Assembly (NCBI RefSeq): GCF_009914755.1 | Contig: NC_060946.1 | Direction: 5' to 3' (one strand) | DNA length: 64,000 nucleotides | Source of the DNA: the human T2T-CHM13v2.0 reference genome, Homo sapiens | In this document: in pieces, positions 41,206 to 54,212 of the stretch | Numbering within the stretch: the first letter of the stretch is position 1 | Layout of the letters: every line of letters starts with the position of its first letter | Notes under the pieces: generated by a model | What the model saw: the letters and a program-made list of their open reading frames with translations, nothing else | The model's database searches: none | What the model was told of the DNA's origin: nothing | Made by a program: the position numbers and the translations under genes

Positions 41206-42529
41206 CATGGTCCCCTCTAGAGAGAGCAGAGGGAGTAGAGACAGAGCATCTCTGCGGTTGTGACTGAAAGTGGGAGCTACTGTGGCACCCAGGTCCAAGA
41301 GGGAGCTGCATCCTTTGCTTGCGTTTAGACACAGCACATTTGTGTAGCCCTGACGGCCACCCCATGGCCCCCGCTGCCAGCCCCCTTCTAACCTGTGGCC
41401 TCCTTCAGTTCAGAAGACGATTAGGGGACAAGCCGTTGACTTGGTTACTGAGAGAGGCTGGGCTGGAAGAAAAGGCGCGGATGTGTTTGACAAGCAGCCC
41501 AGGGAAGAGTGAGTCCCAGCCCTCAGCAGTCTCCCCAGGACTGAAACAGCCTAGGCCCTGCACCCAGGGAACAGTGAGTCCCAGCCCTCAGCAGGCTCCC
41601 TGGGAATGAAACTGCCTGGGGCCTGCAGTCCCACGTGGTGGTAAAGAGCCTGTCCCTGGAAAAGCTGTGGGGGCCCTGCAGTGGCTGAGCCCAGAGGGAG
41701 AAAGGAAGGGGCAGGCCACATGCTTGGTTGTGCACCTGCTCTCCTGCTCTGGCCAGACCAGCTGTTCTCCCCTGTGCAGGCGGTGCAGTGGGTGTCAGAA
41801 GGAGGGCGGCCTTTGCAGGCATCACTCTGGAGGAGGAACATCAGCCTCGGGAATACCCCTCCTCTAACAGGGGTACATGGGATGCCCCCACTGGCTCTCG
41901 TCACTTCCTCTGTTGCCAAGGGGACTGGCCAGGCCTCCATGGGCCTCCACTGTGGGTCTCCACATTGGGATTGATGGTGATGCATTTGAGCCAGCACGTC
42001 CTCTGCGGTGGATGGCCAGTCCTCCTCACAGCAGTGGTGAGATGCTGAGGGCCCAGGCATGTGTGGGAGGCATGTGAGCCCCGGACACACACCAATGGCC
42101 GATGGCCACCCTGCTCAGCTCACTCCTGGCCTTGCTGGACCTGTCTCTCATCTGTAAAATGAAAAGATTGAAGCAATTATTCCAATTGCTCTGAGGGCCT
42201 TTGATTCTAAGCTTTATTTCTGGAGAAAAAATATGTTTATGTTGAGGTCATTTTAGCAAATTGTTTCCCAGAGTAAATTTTATTTTAAAGGCAACTGTAA
42301 CTCACTTGTTTTCTTCCTATTGTCCAAATCTTTACACTGAAAATGCTGGTGTGTCTTTCTCAGTGTCTAATTCAAGCAGCTCAGATTCCTCAGGACAAGG
42401 AGGAGCAGGGGCCCCTTGAGGAAGCCAGGACAAAATTCTGGTGGGCGCAGAGCACAGGCAGCTCTGTTGGTTCTCACTCAAACCCTCTCAACAAAGGGGG
42501 GCAACAATGGCAAACTCCATAATACCTGT

Positions 42530-43324
42530 TCCCATCCATCGTCCACCCATCCATCAACTCATCTATTATCCACCCATCCATCAACCCATCCATCCACCCA
42601 TTCATCCACCATCCACCCATCCATTCATCCATCCATCATCTACTCATCCATCAATCCATGCAGCTAGCCATGCATAATCCACCCATCTATCAATCCATTC
42701 ATCATCCACCCATCCATCAATCCATCCATCCATCCATCCATCATCCAGTCAACCATTAATCCATCATCCCCACTCCATATATCTATCTTCCACTCATCCA
42801 TCCATCATTCACTCATCAATCAATCCATCCATTCACCCATCCATCAGTCCATCTCTCCCTCATCCATCAATTCATCATCCACCCTTTCACCCATCCCTCC
42901 ATCCATCCATCCATCCACGCATCCCTCCATCCATCTATTCATCCACCTATCCATTCATCCATCATCTACCCATCCATCAATCCATTTATCAGTCCATCCA
43001 TGAAGCCATCCTCTTCCATCCATCCCTTCACCATTTGCCCACCTGCCCATCCCTTCATCCCTTCACCCATCCATCATTCACGCATCCACCAATCCATCTA
43101 TCTATTCATCCCTTCACCTACCCATCCATCCCTCCATCCCTATACCCATCCATCCATCCATCCATCCATCCATTTGTCCTCTACCCACCCACCCATCTGT
43201 CATCCACCCACCTATCCATCTTTTCATCCATCCATTCATTATCCACACACACACCTGTCTGTCATCCACCTACCCATTCATCTTTTCATCCATCCATCCA
43301 TTGATCTATTCATCCATCCATCCA
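42530..43324. repeat. degenerate (TCCA)n tract, ~800 bp
   Basis: CCAT/CCAC/TCAT tetramers. Confidence 0.95.
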
Positions 43325-43577
43325 AGGGGGATTTATGGAGCTCCTGCTTCCTGATTGCTCTGTTGTGTACCTGAGGCCCTGCCTCTACAGCTCAGCAGTC
43401 TTGTCCTGTATCATGTGATCATAAAGGTAAGGGGGCAGAGGAAAGAAGGCAAGCATGGTTAGGGGATCGAGGGTGGAGTGAGAAACTAAAACCTAGAAAG
43501 CTCAGGGGACCCCCACTTGTCACACCAGCTCTGGCCACTCTCATTTTCAGTTATAGCAGATTAAGCTGCACACACCG

Positions 43578-43745
43578 GATAGACAGATACACAGCCAGAT
43601 ACAGACTGACATAAAGATGGAGGTAGATGGATCCACAGATAATAGACAGATAGATACAGAGATCAGTGAGTAACAGATAGATAAGAGATAAATATAGATG
43701 ATAAAAAGATGATAGATGGATGAATGATAAAGGGTTAGACAGGTG
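43578..43745. repeat. degenerate (GATA)n tract
   Basis: GATA/GACA-rich low complexity. Confidence 0.75.
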
Positions 43746-44574
43746 GATATGCAAACTTTTATACCTACAATTCAGACACAACATTGCATCTGTGTGTGTG
43801 TGTGTGCGTGTGGGCACTTGTGCCGGACACATGGCAGATTTTCAATGAGCATTTGCTGCTTGAATGTCTAAGGGGCATCAACTGGTTTTCCTAGAATCCC
43901 TAGAGGGGTCTGCCAGGGAAGGAGTCTCCGGCAAGATTTCTCAGAATTGGTGTAGAACGTGCAGAATTCTGAACCTCACATGAGTGGTGGGATTTGGGGC
44001 TTCTCAGGACAGGGCCCAGGAGACACTGTGTAGGCTGCATCTGGGGAGCACAGGCCTGCAGGAGGCTGCACAGCAGCCTGGTCCTACAAGCAGAGGCCGT
44101 GCTGGCCCTGAGGCTTTGCAGTTCTGTCCAACTGATCCCCCCTCACAAGGGAGACATCGAGGTTGGGGTGGGAGTGGTGACGGCCCCAGCACCGGGGAGT
44201 CCTGACACAGGGACCTCCACCCTCCACACGGGGCTCAGCCCACAGAGGCTGCCGCACCCCGAAGCTGCACCCTGCAGCCCTCACACTGGCCTGTGTCTCC
44301 CCATTCCGACACCAATCAATAGCCATCTGCTAAGAAGGGAAAGTGCAGACAGGTGTGCTGGGCGCATAATGGTGCTGTGGCCGTCCCTCCCATATGGGCA
44401 CCTCCTGGGGTGTCCGATTTCCTCACTCAGTTGCCCGGCTGCCTCCCCCAGGAAGTCCCCCTGGATGCCCTTGCCCAGGGCGAGTGAGTTTCCCTCCCTT
44501 GGGGCCCCTCACTCTGGACATGTGTCGATCCACCCCTGACAGTGGCCCTCAGCTTTCATGTCCCACCCACAGGG

Positions 44575-44675
44575 ACTCGGGATCCCTGAAGACAGAGGCC
44601 ACATTCAATTCATCTCAGTCCCAACACCAAGCACAATGTCTGCAGAAAGCAGTGACTCAATACATTTTTTGTTTA
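44575..44675 (+). mobile_element. L2 3' end
   Basis: GATCCCTGAAGACAGAGGCCAC..AGCACAATGTCTG..CTCAATACATTTTTTGTT. Confidence 0.55.
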
Positions 44676-47600
44676 ATTTGCCCAATTTGGTCAATAAAAA
44701 AAAGAACTATTATCCTGCACTAGAATTCCCAGCTGAATTTGCTGCCTGAAATCTGCTCTAGAAGGAAAAATAGACGTTAGCTCCGAGTCTCTGCAGACTG
44801 CACAGCTCTAGGTTGATGTAATTAACTTCTCTGGCCTCCAAGGTAGTTTGATGTTAGTTCAATTTTATTATATTTCAGAATTTTCTCTCAGGTTTTTCTT
44901 CAATTCCTCAGCTTCATTCAAAAATAGTACCTAGACGAAGTCTTGACAGAGAAAGAGATGTTATTTGTGTCTCTGTTGCATCTTAAATTATATTGAATTG
45001 TTTTCTTGACGCAAGCGCCCCACCCTCAAAGTCCCCACTGCAGCAAATGCAGCCCGGCTGGGGGCAGCTGGGGCAAGGATGGGCCAGGCATTGTTCATCG
45101 CAGTGCTGGTCCACTCTGCAAGGGCTGTAACGGAGGGGGCAGCCTCTCCCTGAGTAAAGCTGAGGGCTTCCCATGCCTGCTCCAGGTCCTTCTGCCCTCT
45201 TGAAAACATTGTTTGAAGAAATACCTCGGGGAAGAAGAAGTGCAACTCTGTGGCTGATGGAGGAGCATGGGCGTGCTTTGCAATCAATAGGAAGCCACTC
45301 GGCGGCTTGAGAGCTGTCCTAGGAGGCCGGCGGCATTTCCTTTGGAATCCCAGACAGCAAATGCAGAGGACGGGTGGGGACTTGCAGAGCGGTGGTTTCA
45401 GCGGATACCTGAGTGCCTCCGGGAATGAGCTCAGGAGGCGTCAGAGGCCTGGATGGTGTCTGCGGCAGAAATGGGCCTCTGGTCAGCCCTAGGGGGTCAG
45501 GGCTGAGGGGTGGACGGTCCCTCCATCACAGTCTTGGCGAAGCTCAGGACCCGCCCCCAGCTGCGAAACCCTCCCTGAGGTGGCTCCCTGCCTGCTGTGA
45601 GGTGAGGGAGGACACAGGGGTAGGTCTGTGGCTGTCCTCCTCCTCCGTAACTCAGCCCAGCAACCTGGCAGTGCTTCCAACTCGGGTCGCCTTTATTCCT
45701 GTCCCCTGATATCCCAAACATCCGTAAGTCTTGTCTATTTCACATCCTGGATGTCTCCGAAAGGCACTAATTTCTCTCCATCTGGACCACTGGCACTGGC
45801 CCAAGCCACTAGTGTCTGGAGCCCGGGCAGGTGGAAAGCTCCATCCATCAGACCCGTGCCCCCTGCCCACCCCTGAGGCCTTCCCTGGTCTCTGTCACAA
45901 TGCTACCTTCACGTCACGTCTACCTTCCTCTGCCCTTTAAGTCCATCTTGCATGGAAATAGGTTCCCCTAAGCCTGTCCCCTTGTAGTGCCACTTTGGTG
46001 GATAAAACCCTAAACCCCTGTCTCTGCGATGATCCCACCAGAAGCCTGGGCATCAGGCCAACTTCCTCTGTCCCCAAGTGCTGCTAATTTTACTTCCCAA
46101 GTACTTCTCAAATGCACCCCTCATTCCTAACATTTGTAATTCCCAAGGGCTTCCCCTGTGCTCAGCTTCCAGAGGGTCTCCTTACCTGCAGTCTGGCCTG
46201 GATGACTCTCTGACATCCAAGTATGTGTTGCACTCTCCTTGGGAGACCTGCCCTGCTCCGACTGGATGCATCTCTCACCAGTGCCACGCTGGTCGCAGAC
46301 AGCCGGTACACGGCAGGCTCCTGGCCTCTGCACTGCGGCTCTAGCTGCTGCCTCCACCTGCACTGCTCAGCTCTCCTTCTCTGGAAGCCTTTCTCCCTTG
46401 CGCTCGACCCTCTAGACTTGGCGGCAACGTCCCTGCCTGCAGGAAAACATCCTTGAGCTGAGCTTCCTCACCTAGAATTGCTGAACATCTCCACGTGACA
46501 TTAAAATTATCTGTTTTGTTCCTGCCACTAAGATTACACATGATCAAGGAAATAGTACGTAAAAATGTGGTCAGAATGCACAAAAATGTAAAACTCAGTG
46601 TATACGTAACATGCAGATAACCAATCCTAGAAGGCAAAAAAAAAAAAAAAAAAGCTAAAGTTGCATGCATGGCAAACCTGGCAAAAGGTCGACAATCACC
46701 ATGGATGAGAACGACACACACCAATGGTGGCTATGGCCAGATTACGCACAGCACGAAGGCGCAAAGGCAGCGCGTGGAACCACATGGGACAGCCAGGCGG
46801 ATGGAAACCAAAGACGGCGAAGCACAGGAGGGTTTGCGGTGGTCTCCGGGCTTGTCTCCGGGTCTGTGAGTGCAGGAATGTCATACGCTTGGATACCTCC
46901 AATTCTAGACAGCTCCTTCTGTCCATTCTAGACAGCTCTTTCTGTGCCGCTTGTGGGGAGGATGGGAGTGAATTTCTAAAATACTTATTCATTTTGCCTT
47001 GGTATTGGCATTCTAATGACAAATATTGAGGTTATAATTCTAAGTAAAATAAAACTTTTATCCAAAGCTCTATGAACAGCTCAACAAGTGAAATAATCTA
47101 AATGTCCAAAAATATGGAAAGATGATATAAACTGTGATGTAGCCATTTGATCAGTATTTCTGAGCTACTGGGTACACCTATACGTGTATATGTATATGTG
47201 CATGTATATGAATGGGTATGCATACATATATTTTTTTAAATGTGGCCCCCGCCCTAGGATCTGTAACCCTAAATGGGTTAGGGGACTCTGGCCTCTTTGC
47301 ATAAGTCTTGGGAGGAACTCTCTTATGTAGAGGTCAGAGCCCCAGTTTTCCAGCCCTCCTTGCAGAGAGAAAATGGGCCGTGGCCCAGGTCCTGCCAGTC
47401 AATGCTCCCAGCAGGGCCGAGCAACCAGGGGCTGGCAAAGACCCTGGGAGGCTGGCTTTGCCCAGAGCAGCAGCAGCGCCCAGCATCCATGGTGCCGGCA
47501 CAGGAAGGCAAGCTCCGGGATGAGTCCGGCGGCACAGGGGTTCTGTCTTTCTGTGGTTCTGTCTGTCTCAGGGGTTCTGATCCTGGGCAGCAGCCCTGAG

Positions 47601-48212
47601 TTCGTGGCCACCACGCCTGGTTTCTCAGCCCTTCCAGAAGGGCTGCAAGCGATGCAAGAGGAATATATTTCTTTTCCTTTTTCTTTTTCTTTTTGCTCAA
47701 ATGGCTGGACTGGACTTGCTTTCTGTCGCTTGCACGTGAGAAGGCCGTCTGAGTATTCTGGTTTGGCCTCTCAAAGTTTATGGGGAAATTCTTATGATAT
47801 AGTGCTTAGTAAAAATTAGTACTAAACAGCTAATCAATAAATTATAATAGTAAACAAAACTAAAATTGACTGAAAAACATAGCACAAAAATTCTACAATC
47901 TATATGAGCAAATCACAACCAGAGATATGTAAAAAGGGGTAATATGTCTTGGCCAAGTAGAATTTACCCAAAAAATATAAAATTGGTTCAAGATTAAGAA
48001 AAAATATCAATGGATGAAATCTACTACCTTATTAGAATAAAGGGGGGAGCTATCATATTTCAGGAAAAAATGTCAATAAAATTCAAAATCAATTTAAGAT
48101 AACTCATAGTAAACTTGAATAGAAAAAATGTCCTTAATTCTGTAAGGGGCATCTATGAATAAAACCTACTGCAAGCATTACAGTTAATGTCAAAGTACTG
48201 CAGCTCTCCACC

Positions 48213-48546
48213 TGTGATGGTTAACTTCCTGTGTCTATTCGGCTAGGTTACAGTGCTCAATCATTTGGTCAAACAGCAGTCAAGGTGTTACCATGAAGGT
48301 ATTTTTTGGTGTGATTAACATTTAAATTAGTAGACTTTGAGTAAAGCAGTTGACCCTCCACAATGCCGGTGGGCCTTGTCTAATCAGTTGAAAGCTTAAG
48401 AATCAAGACTGTTTCCTGATGAAGAAGGAATTGTAACCCCAGATGGCAACATGGAAACTCTGCCAGAGTTTCCAGCCTGCCAGCCTACCCTACAAATTTC
48501 AGACTTGCAAGCCTGTGGAATTGTGTGAGCCGGTTTCCTTAATATG

Positions 48547-48585
<39 letters not shown>

Positions 48586-48714
48586 GTCTGTCTGTCTGTC
48601 TGTCTAGCTATCTATCATCTATCTATCTATCCACCTATCTATCCATCTATCATCTATCATCTATCTGTCTCCATCTGGACCATTAGCTCTGTTTTTCTGG
48701 AGAACTCCAACACA
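48213..48714 (+). mobile_element. MLT2 (ERVL) 5' LTR with internal (TCTA)n
   Basis: TGTGATGGTTAA...GACTTTGAGTAAAGCAG...TCTGTTTTTCTGGAGAAC..AACACA. Confidence 0.9.
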
Positions 48715-49718
48715 GACTTGGGGACAGAGACTGGTTCTAGAGAAACCAAATCTTAAGACGGAGTTTTCTGAATTTGTTCTAAGGTTTCTGGAATTTAGTT
48801 CTCTAAACTGATTAGGTTTAAACCATGAATGAATGATTCTATTTCCAATAGTGAGGAGACCACTAATAGTCTGTGGTGTTGAGTAAAAAAATTATACCAG
48901 ACATTTGTTTAAACATGGCACGAATGAATGTATTAAACATGGCTGCAATGGAGGAGAGAAATTGAATCAACTCTGACTACAGAAAAGACAGCTGGAGACT
49001 TGAACCAGCAGGCATGGTGAGGAGATCATCGGATGGAAAAGTAGCAAGAGGAAGTTGATGAGGTAGCAAGTATGGGAGGATTCTTGCTAAACTGACTCAA
49101 CAGGACGCTTCGTAAGGCAGGGAGAGGTCCTCAGACATCAAGAGCGAGGGGTGGGGCCAGAATTTGGTAATGGAGGGGGGATTCTTGTTAAATTATCTTT
49201 ACGGGATTCTTTGCTAAAACTGAGCTGGGAAGGGGAGCAGGCTCAGGCCAAGGCCTCATTGGGAAGAGGACTCTCAGGAGCCTGACTGAAGTTTGGTCGA
49301 GGAGGGAGTCCTTGTCTATGCATGAAGTGGCAAGAGAGAAATGCAGAATATCACCATGGGATGCTCCTAATCCAATACTCGTAAGAGTCGAGGTTCTGGG
49401 GGACTGTGTATACTATACTTTTGAGCATTATTGTCCAAATAATGAGTATATTGAGATTTACTGGTTTCGCCTAATGTTGATGGACAAAGTGGGGAAAGAA
49501 AAGGATGAGCTCAGGGACTAGAATTCCCAACTCAATCACTACACGAATAACCTGAAAGCTTCTCTGTCTGCCCTGAAAGAAACCCTTCCCTCCTGTAGCT
49601 GCAGGGCTGAGAGTGAAACCCAAACCCAGAGTCTCATTCTGTGTGTGGCTGAATTACAACTGCAAGTTGACCTCCCAGCCTCACAGGGCTGTTTTCTGTT
49701 AAAGTGAGTGCATTCATT
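48715..49718 (+). mobile_element. ERVL internal 5' region (leader and gag relic), interrupted by an ERV1 LTR
   Basis: GGTTCTAGAG..AATCTTAAG leader; gag-like LMLMDKVGKEKDELRD; GTGGCTGAATTACAA..CCCAGCCTCACAGG..CTGTTAAAGTGAG. Confidence 0.85.
48877..49317 (-). mobile_element. MER31/MER67-like ERV1 solo LTR
   Basis: The reverse complement begins GACAAGGACTCCCTCCTCGACCAAACTTCAGTCAGGCTCCTGAG and contains CCCAGCTCAGTTTTAGCAAAGAATCC. Confidence 0.75.
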
Positions 49719-50604
49719 CCTAAAATCAGGAATGAGCCACTCACATTCAACATCATACTGGAGGTCCTTGGCAGTGCTATGTTGAGAAAAATGAAAAGAG
49801 ATAAAAAAATAGAAAGAGAAAAAGAAGTAATATCTTTGTAGATGACATGATTATGTGTGAAGAAAATTCAAGGTAATCTACAAGCAAGTCGTTAGATTTA
49901 ATTAGTGAATTTATCAAGGCCAATATAAAAACTAAATATTATTTCCATATGCTTGTAACAAACAATTAAACAGTTACTTTAAAAAGTACTACCTACAATA
50001 GCATTGAAAATTAAATATCTACTGACATATGTGCAAGAAATCTATATTAAAGAAAAATAAATATTGCTGAGAGAAACTAAGAGGGTCTAAATAAATGTAG
50101 AGATGTACCATCTTCATGGATTGGAAGACACCGTATCAACATGTCAGTTCCTCCCACACTGAGCTACAGATTCATATAATTTCATTTAAAACTCCATCAT
50201 ATTTCTTTTGTAGAAACACCTAAGGTGATTTTAAAGTGAATAAGGAAAGTCAAGTGACACAGAAGAGACAAGACAACCACTGGAAGAAATAACTCATTGG
50301 AAGACCAACCACCAAACTCCAAGACTCTCCGTAAAGCCAAAGCAATGTAGACACCATGGTATTAGCATGAAGTTAGATAAATGAATCAATGGAACATAAT
50401 GTGAAGGCCTGAAATAGACCTACACATATGCCAAAGATTCACCGGAGAAAGGAAGGGTGCCTCAGTAAATTGCCTTAGTCAATCCCCATGGAAAAAGGAA
50501 TCTTCATTTCTACCTCATGCCATTGATTTGAAGTGATCATTGTCCTAAATGTAAAAGCAAAAATAAAAAGCATTTAGAGAAAAACAAAATAGGACAGCAA
50601 GACC

Positions 50605-50838
50605 ACATCTCTCTGACCCTCACCTTCTTTCAAGGGGCTCACCTGATTAGGCCGGGCTTACCTAGACAATCCCTTTTGATTAACTCAAAGCAAATGGATT
50701 AGTAGCTAATCACTGGAGTGGTTTCTCATCATATTCCCAGCCCCGGCTTCCCACACACACTGGTGGGGAGGCGCTTATTCAGAGGGTGTACTCTGGTGCA
50801 GGAATCTTGGAGGTCACCTTAGAATTCTGTCTAGCACA
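50605..50838 (-). mobile_element. MLT1 (E/F-like) MaLR LTR fragment
   Basis: GGGCTCACCTGATTAGG..CCCTTTTGATTAACTCAAAG..CTTAGAATTCTGTCTAGCACA. Confidence 0.75.
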
Positions 50839-52740
50839 GACATTGTGTCCAAAACATGCTGATTTCTCAAATATATGTCTATTGAGTGTGAAAGCTTCTG
50901 CTAAATACCTGAAGTTAAAACTAATGAGCGTGGAGTAATTGCAATAGACAGTGGCCTGCTGTGTTTCTTGCAGGAGTGGAGCTCAGAATTCAGGACCCCT
51001 CGCTCATCTGCAGGTGTGTGGGGTAAGCCAGGGTCCACTCAGGACTGGGCTGTTGTGAGCTGGCCTGGGGGCCAGAGGTGCTGGGACGGCCTCCAGGATG
51101 TGAGCGTCCACCTTGGGACCCGTGGAGGGAGCTGCCTGGTGTTTTGAGCAGGAGAGGTTGAGCTTTCTCCCCTTTCCTTATTCACTTCACTGGAGGAATG
51201 CTGTGCCCACCAAGGGTCTCTGCTCCAGCCTGTCTGGGTGGAGAGGGCCAGTGATGGATAACGGTGGAGGGGAGTGGCCAGAGGGGGCCCACAGTGCTAA
51301 CATCTGTGTTGCGGGGGTGCAGAGGGGCAAGTCCTGGAGTGGTGGGCTTGGAGCCAAGAGGACCCGGGCAGAAAGGAAGCCCCCACAGTGCTGACCACCC
51401 ACGTGGGAGGAGGAATAAGAGCTCTTCCAGCTTCCGCAGGTGTTGGGTCGGGACTCACGGGGGCTCCATTAAAGGAAAGGCAGGCTGAGGGGCCAGCTGT
51501 GCACTCTGGGTTCATGACTGACCCATGGAACAGACGGGCGCAGGGGCCAGGCAGACAGAAGCCAGGACAGACCTGTCCTCCAGGGGAAGGTGATGTGTGA
51601 GGTCTGAACTCCAGTGTGGGAGAGAGGGGCCTATGTTCCTGACCCCACCTCTCCCTTCCCCTGCTTCTGGGTCGAGGAGAGGACCTTTCAGTGTGAGTGG
51701 GGAGGGGCTGAGACACAGGCTCCCCCGGCCCGGGGCTCTGCGGCCACCGTGCTGACCCTGCACAGACCTTCCAGGTCCTGAGCAGCCCTCGGCCAGAAGC
51801 AAATCCGTGTGGACAGGAGCTCATGGTGAGATTGAGACTTTATTTAGAAATCAAAAAGAAAAAAAAGAAAAAAAAAGCCCTCAACAAGCAAGAGAACATG
51901 ACAAATTCTTGCTACCATAGTAACTAAGACGGTTGGAAGGATGAGCTGGGGGAAGAGCCTGGAGGACCAGTGCAATCGTCCGCGGCCTCATCTCCCGAGA
52001 CCCCAGATGCCTTCTGCGGCCGCTTTCTCCCAAATTCCCAACCTGGCAGTGGGGAGGAGGCTGGCTTGTAAAATATGGTTTTGAGCCCGACCTCCATGCT
52101 CCGTGCCCACCACAAAGCAGCCTCCCACAAGCCAGCCCCCCAACAAAGCAACTCCAAAGTCCCTGCCCAGCTCGGGGCCTTCCCCAAGACCCTTCCTTTG
52201 CTGTCCTGCCGCCCTGGTTTTCTGCTTAAAGCCATATCACATATGAGCTTTCTGTTGTGGCCCATCATGCAGGAGCACGCTGGGCCTGCAGGCTTGCCTC
52301 CTTCTCCATTCAGAGATCTCACTCCTCAGAACGCCGGCTGCCGGTCCTTGCTCCTCCTCCCCTGCTGTGAGGACAGTGGCCTACGTTTCCTGGGGGCTGG
52401 GCCCATAAGAGCCAGACACCAGGGTCTCTGTGAGGAGATGGGGTCAGTGGGTCCTGAAGGCACAGTGCTGTGTCCAGTTGGGGGACAGAGGAGGTGAAAT
52501 CAGAGAGAAAGAGGCTGCGTGTCAGGGCTTCAGGGACCCCAGACCATGAGGAAGGACCCCAGGCCAGGAGGAAGGGAGTTGTTTTCAATTCAGTGATGAG
52601 GACATGGGCGATCAGATAAGGAGTTGTGAGCTGAGGTGGAGGGTGCACACGGCCACAGCCCAGCAGTCCCGGGAAGGCTGGCAGGGAAGCTGTGAATCCT
52701 GAAAGGTAGAACAGAGTCAGCCAGGGACCAACCAGGAAGA

Positions 52741-53410
52741 GCCTTCCCCACAGAGAACCCCACACCACCAGAGAGACCAGTGCAGATGGAGGGAGACCCA
52801 GTAGAGAGACCTTCCCCACAGAGAACCCCACACCACCTAAGAGACTAATGCAGGCAGAATGAGATCCAGTGGAGAACTTCCCCACAGAGAACCACACATC
52901 ACCAGAGAGACCAGTGCAGATGGAGGGAGAACCTGGCAGAGACCTTCCCCGCAGAGAACCCCTCACCACCTAAGAGACTAATGCAGGCAGAATGAGATCC
53001 AGTGGAGAACTTCCCCACAGAGAACCACACATCACCAGAGAGACCAGTGCAGATGGAGGGAGAACCTGGCAGAGACCTTCCCCGCAGAGAACCCCTCACC
53101 ACCAGAGAGATCAATGCAGGCAGAATGAGACCCAGCAGAGACCTTCCCCACACCGAACCCCTCACCACCTAAGAGACAAGTGCAGATGGATCGAGAGCCC
53201 AGCGGAGACCTTCCCCACAGAGAACCCCTCACCACGAGAGAGATCAATGCAGGCAGAATGAGAGCCCAGCAGAGACCTTCCCCACAGAGAACCCCTCACC
53301 ACCTAAGAGACCAGTGCAGATGGAGCGAGAGCCCAGTGGAGACCTTCCCCACAGAGCATCCCCGCATCACCAGAGAGACCAGTGCAGGCAGAGAGAGAAC
53401 CCGGCAGAGA
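52741..53410. repeat. 66/67-bp VNTR, ~10 copies, alternating A/B units
   Basis: CTTCCCC anchors at ~52744, 52811, 52877, 52944, 53010, 53077, 53143, 53210, 53277 and 53344. Confidence 0.95.
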
Positions 53411-53790
53411 GGGGCCTGCACATCAGTCACCAGGAACCCCTTCATAAAGCGGCAGCAAGACCCCTTGGCACAGCCACCTGGATGCTACAGGAAAGGTAGT
53501 GAGTCGAGCTCTGACTCTGAGCTCTGCTGGGTGCTGGTGAGTCGGGAGCCCTGACTCAGCTCTGCTGATCAGCAGGTGGCGGTGCCCGCACCTTAGAGGG
53601 TTTTTGGTGTTACCTGCTTTCTTTAAACATACGCATATGGTTTCCTCAGAAGACCTAGTCTTAGGGTCGTGCCCAAAGAAATGCCCACCAAAAACAGACA
53701 CAAGAATGTTCACAGTAGCCTGCCTATTGCCAAAAAACAGAACCACCTCAAATGTATACTCAAAATGAGGTTTCAAAAAGGGTAATTGAA

Positions 53791-53895
53791 GGCCAGGCAC
53801 GGTGGCTCACACCTATAATTCCAGCACTTTTGCAGGGCCAGGAGGAAGGATCACTTGCAGTTCAAGGCCAGAGTGGCAACATACGGAGACCCCAA
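53791..53895 (+). mobile_element. FLAM/AluJ left monomer
   Basis: GGCCAGGCACGGTGGCTCACACCT..GGATCACTTG..GGCAACATA..GAGACCC. Confidence 0.8.
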
Positions 53896-54212
53896 AGAAA
53901 GAAAGAAAGAGGGAGGAAGGAGGAAAGGAAGGAAGGAAGGAAGGGAGGGAGTGAGGGAGGGAGGGAGGGAATGGGAAGGTGAATAAGATCTTGTGGCTTC
54001 AGGGCTCAAAGGGAAATTGAGTTTGCTCAGGTCCTCCTGTCCGCAGGGGAAAGGAGTGGGGAGGTGAGGGAGGGAGGGAGGGGAGAAAAGGAGCAGGGAA
54101 AGGGAGGGAGGGAGATGGGGGCGGGGAGGGGACAGAGAGAAGCAGGGGAGGGAGGAAGGCAGAGGAGGGAAGGGAAGGAGGCTGGGGAGGGGAGGGAGGA
54201 CCCTGGAGGGAG
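53895..54212. repeat. GA-rich polypurine tract
   Basis: (GAAA/GGAA/GGGA)n and G-run-rich sequence. Confidence 0.85.

Larger units (their letters stand above)
47800..50595 (+). mobile_element. old L1M ORF2, interrupted at 48212/49719 by an ERVL 5' segment
   Basis: AAACCTACTGCAAGCATTACAGTTAATG..GCTCTCCACC | CCTAAAATCAGGAATGAG..TTCAACATCATACTGGAGGTCCT; later TTCATGGATTGGAAGAC. Confidence 0.8.
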
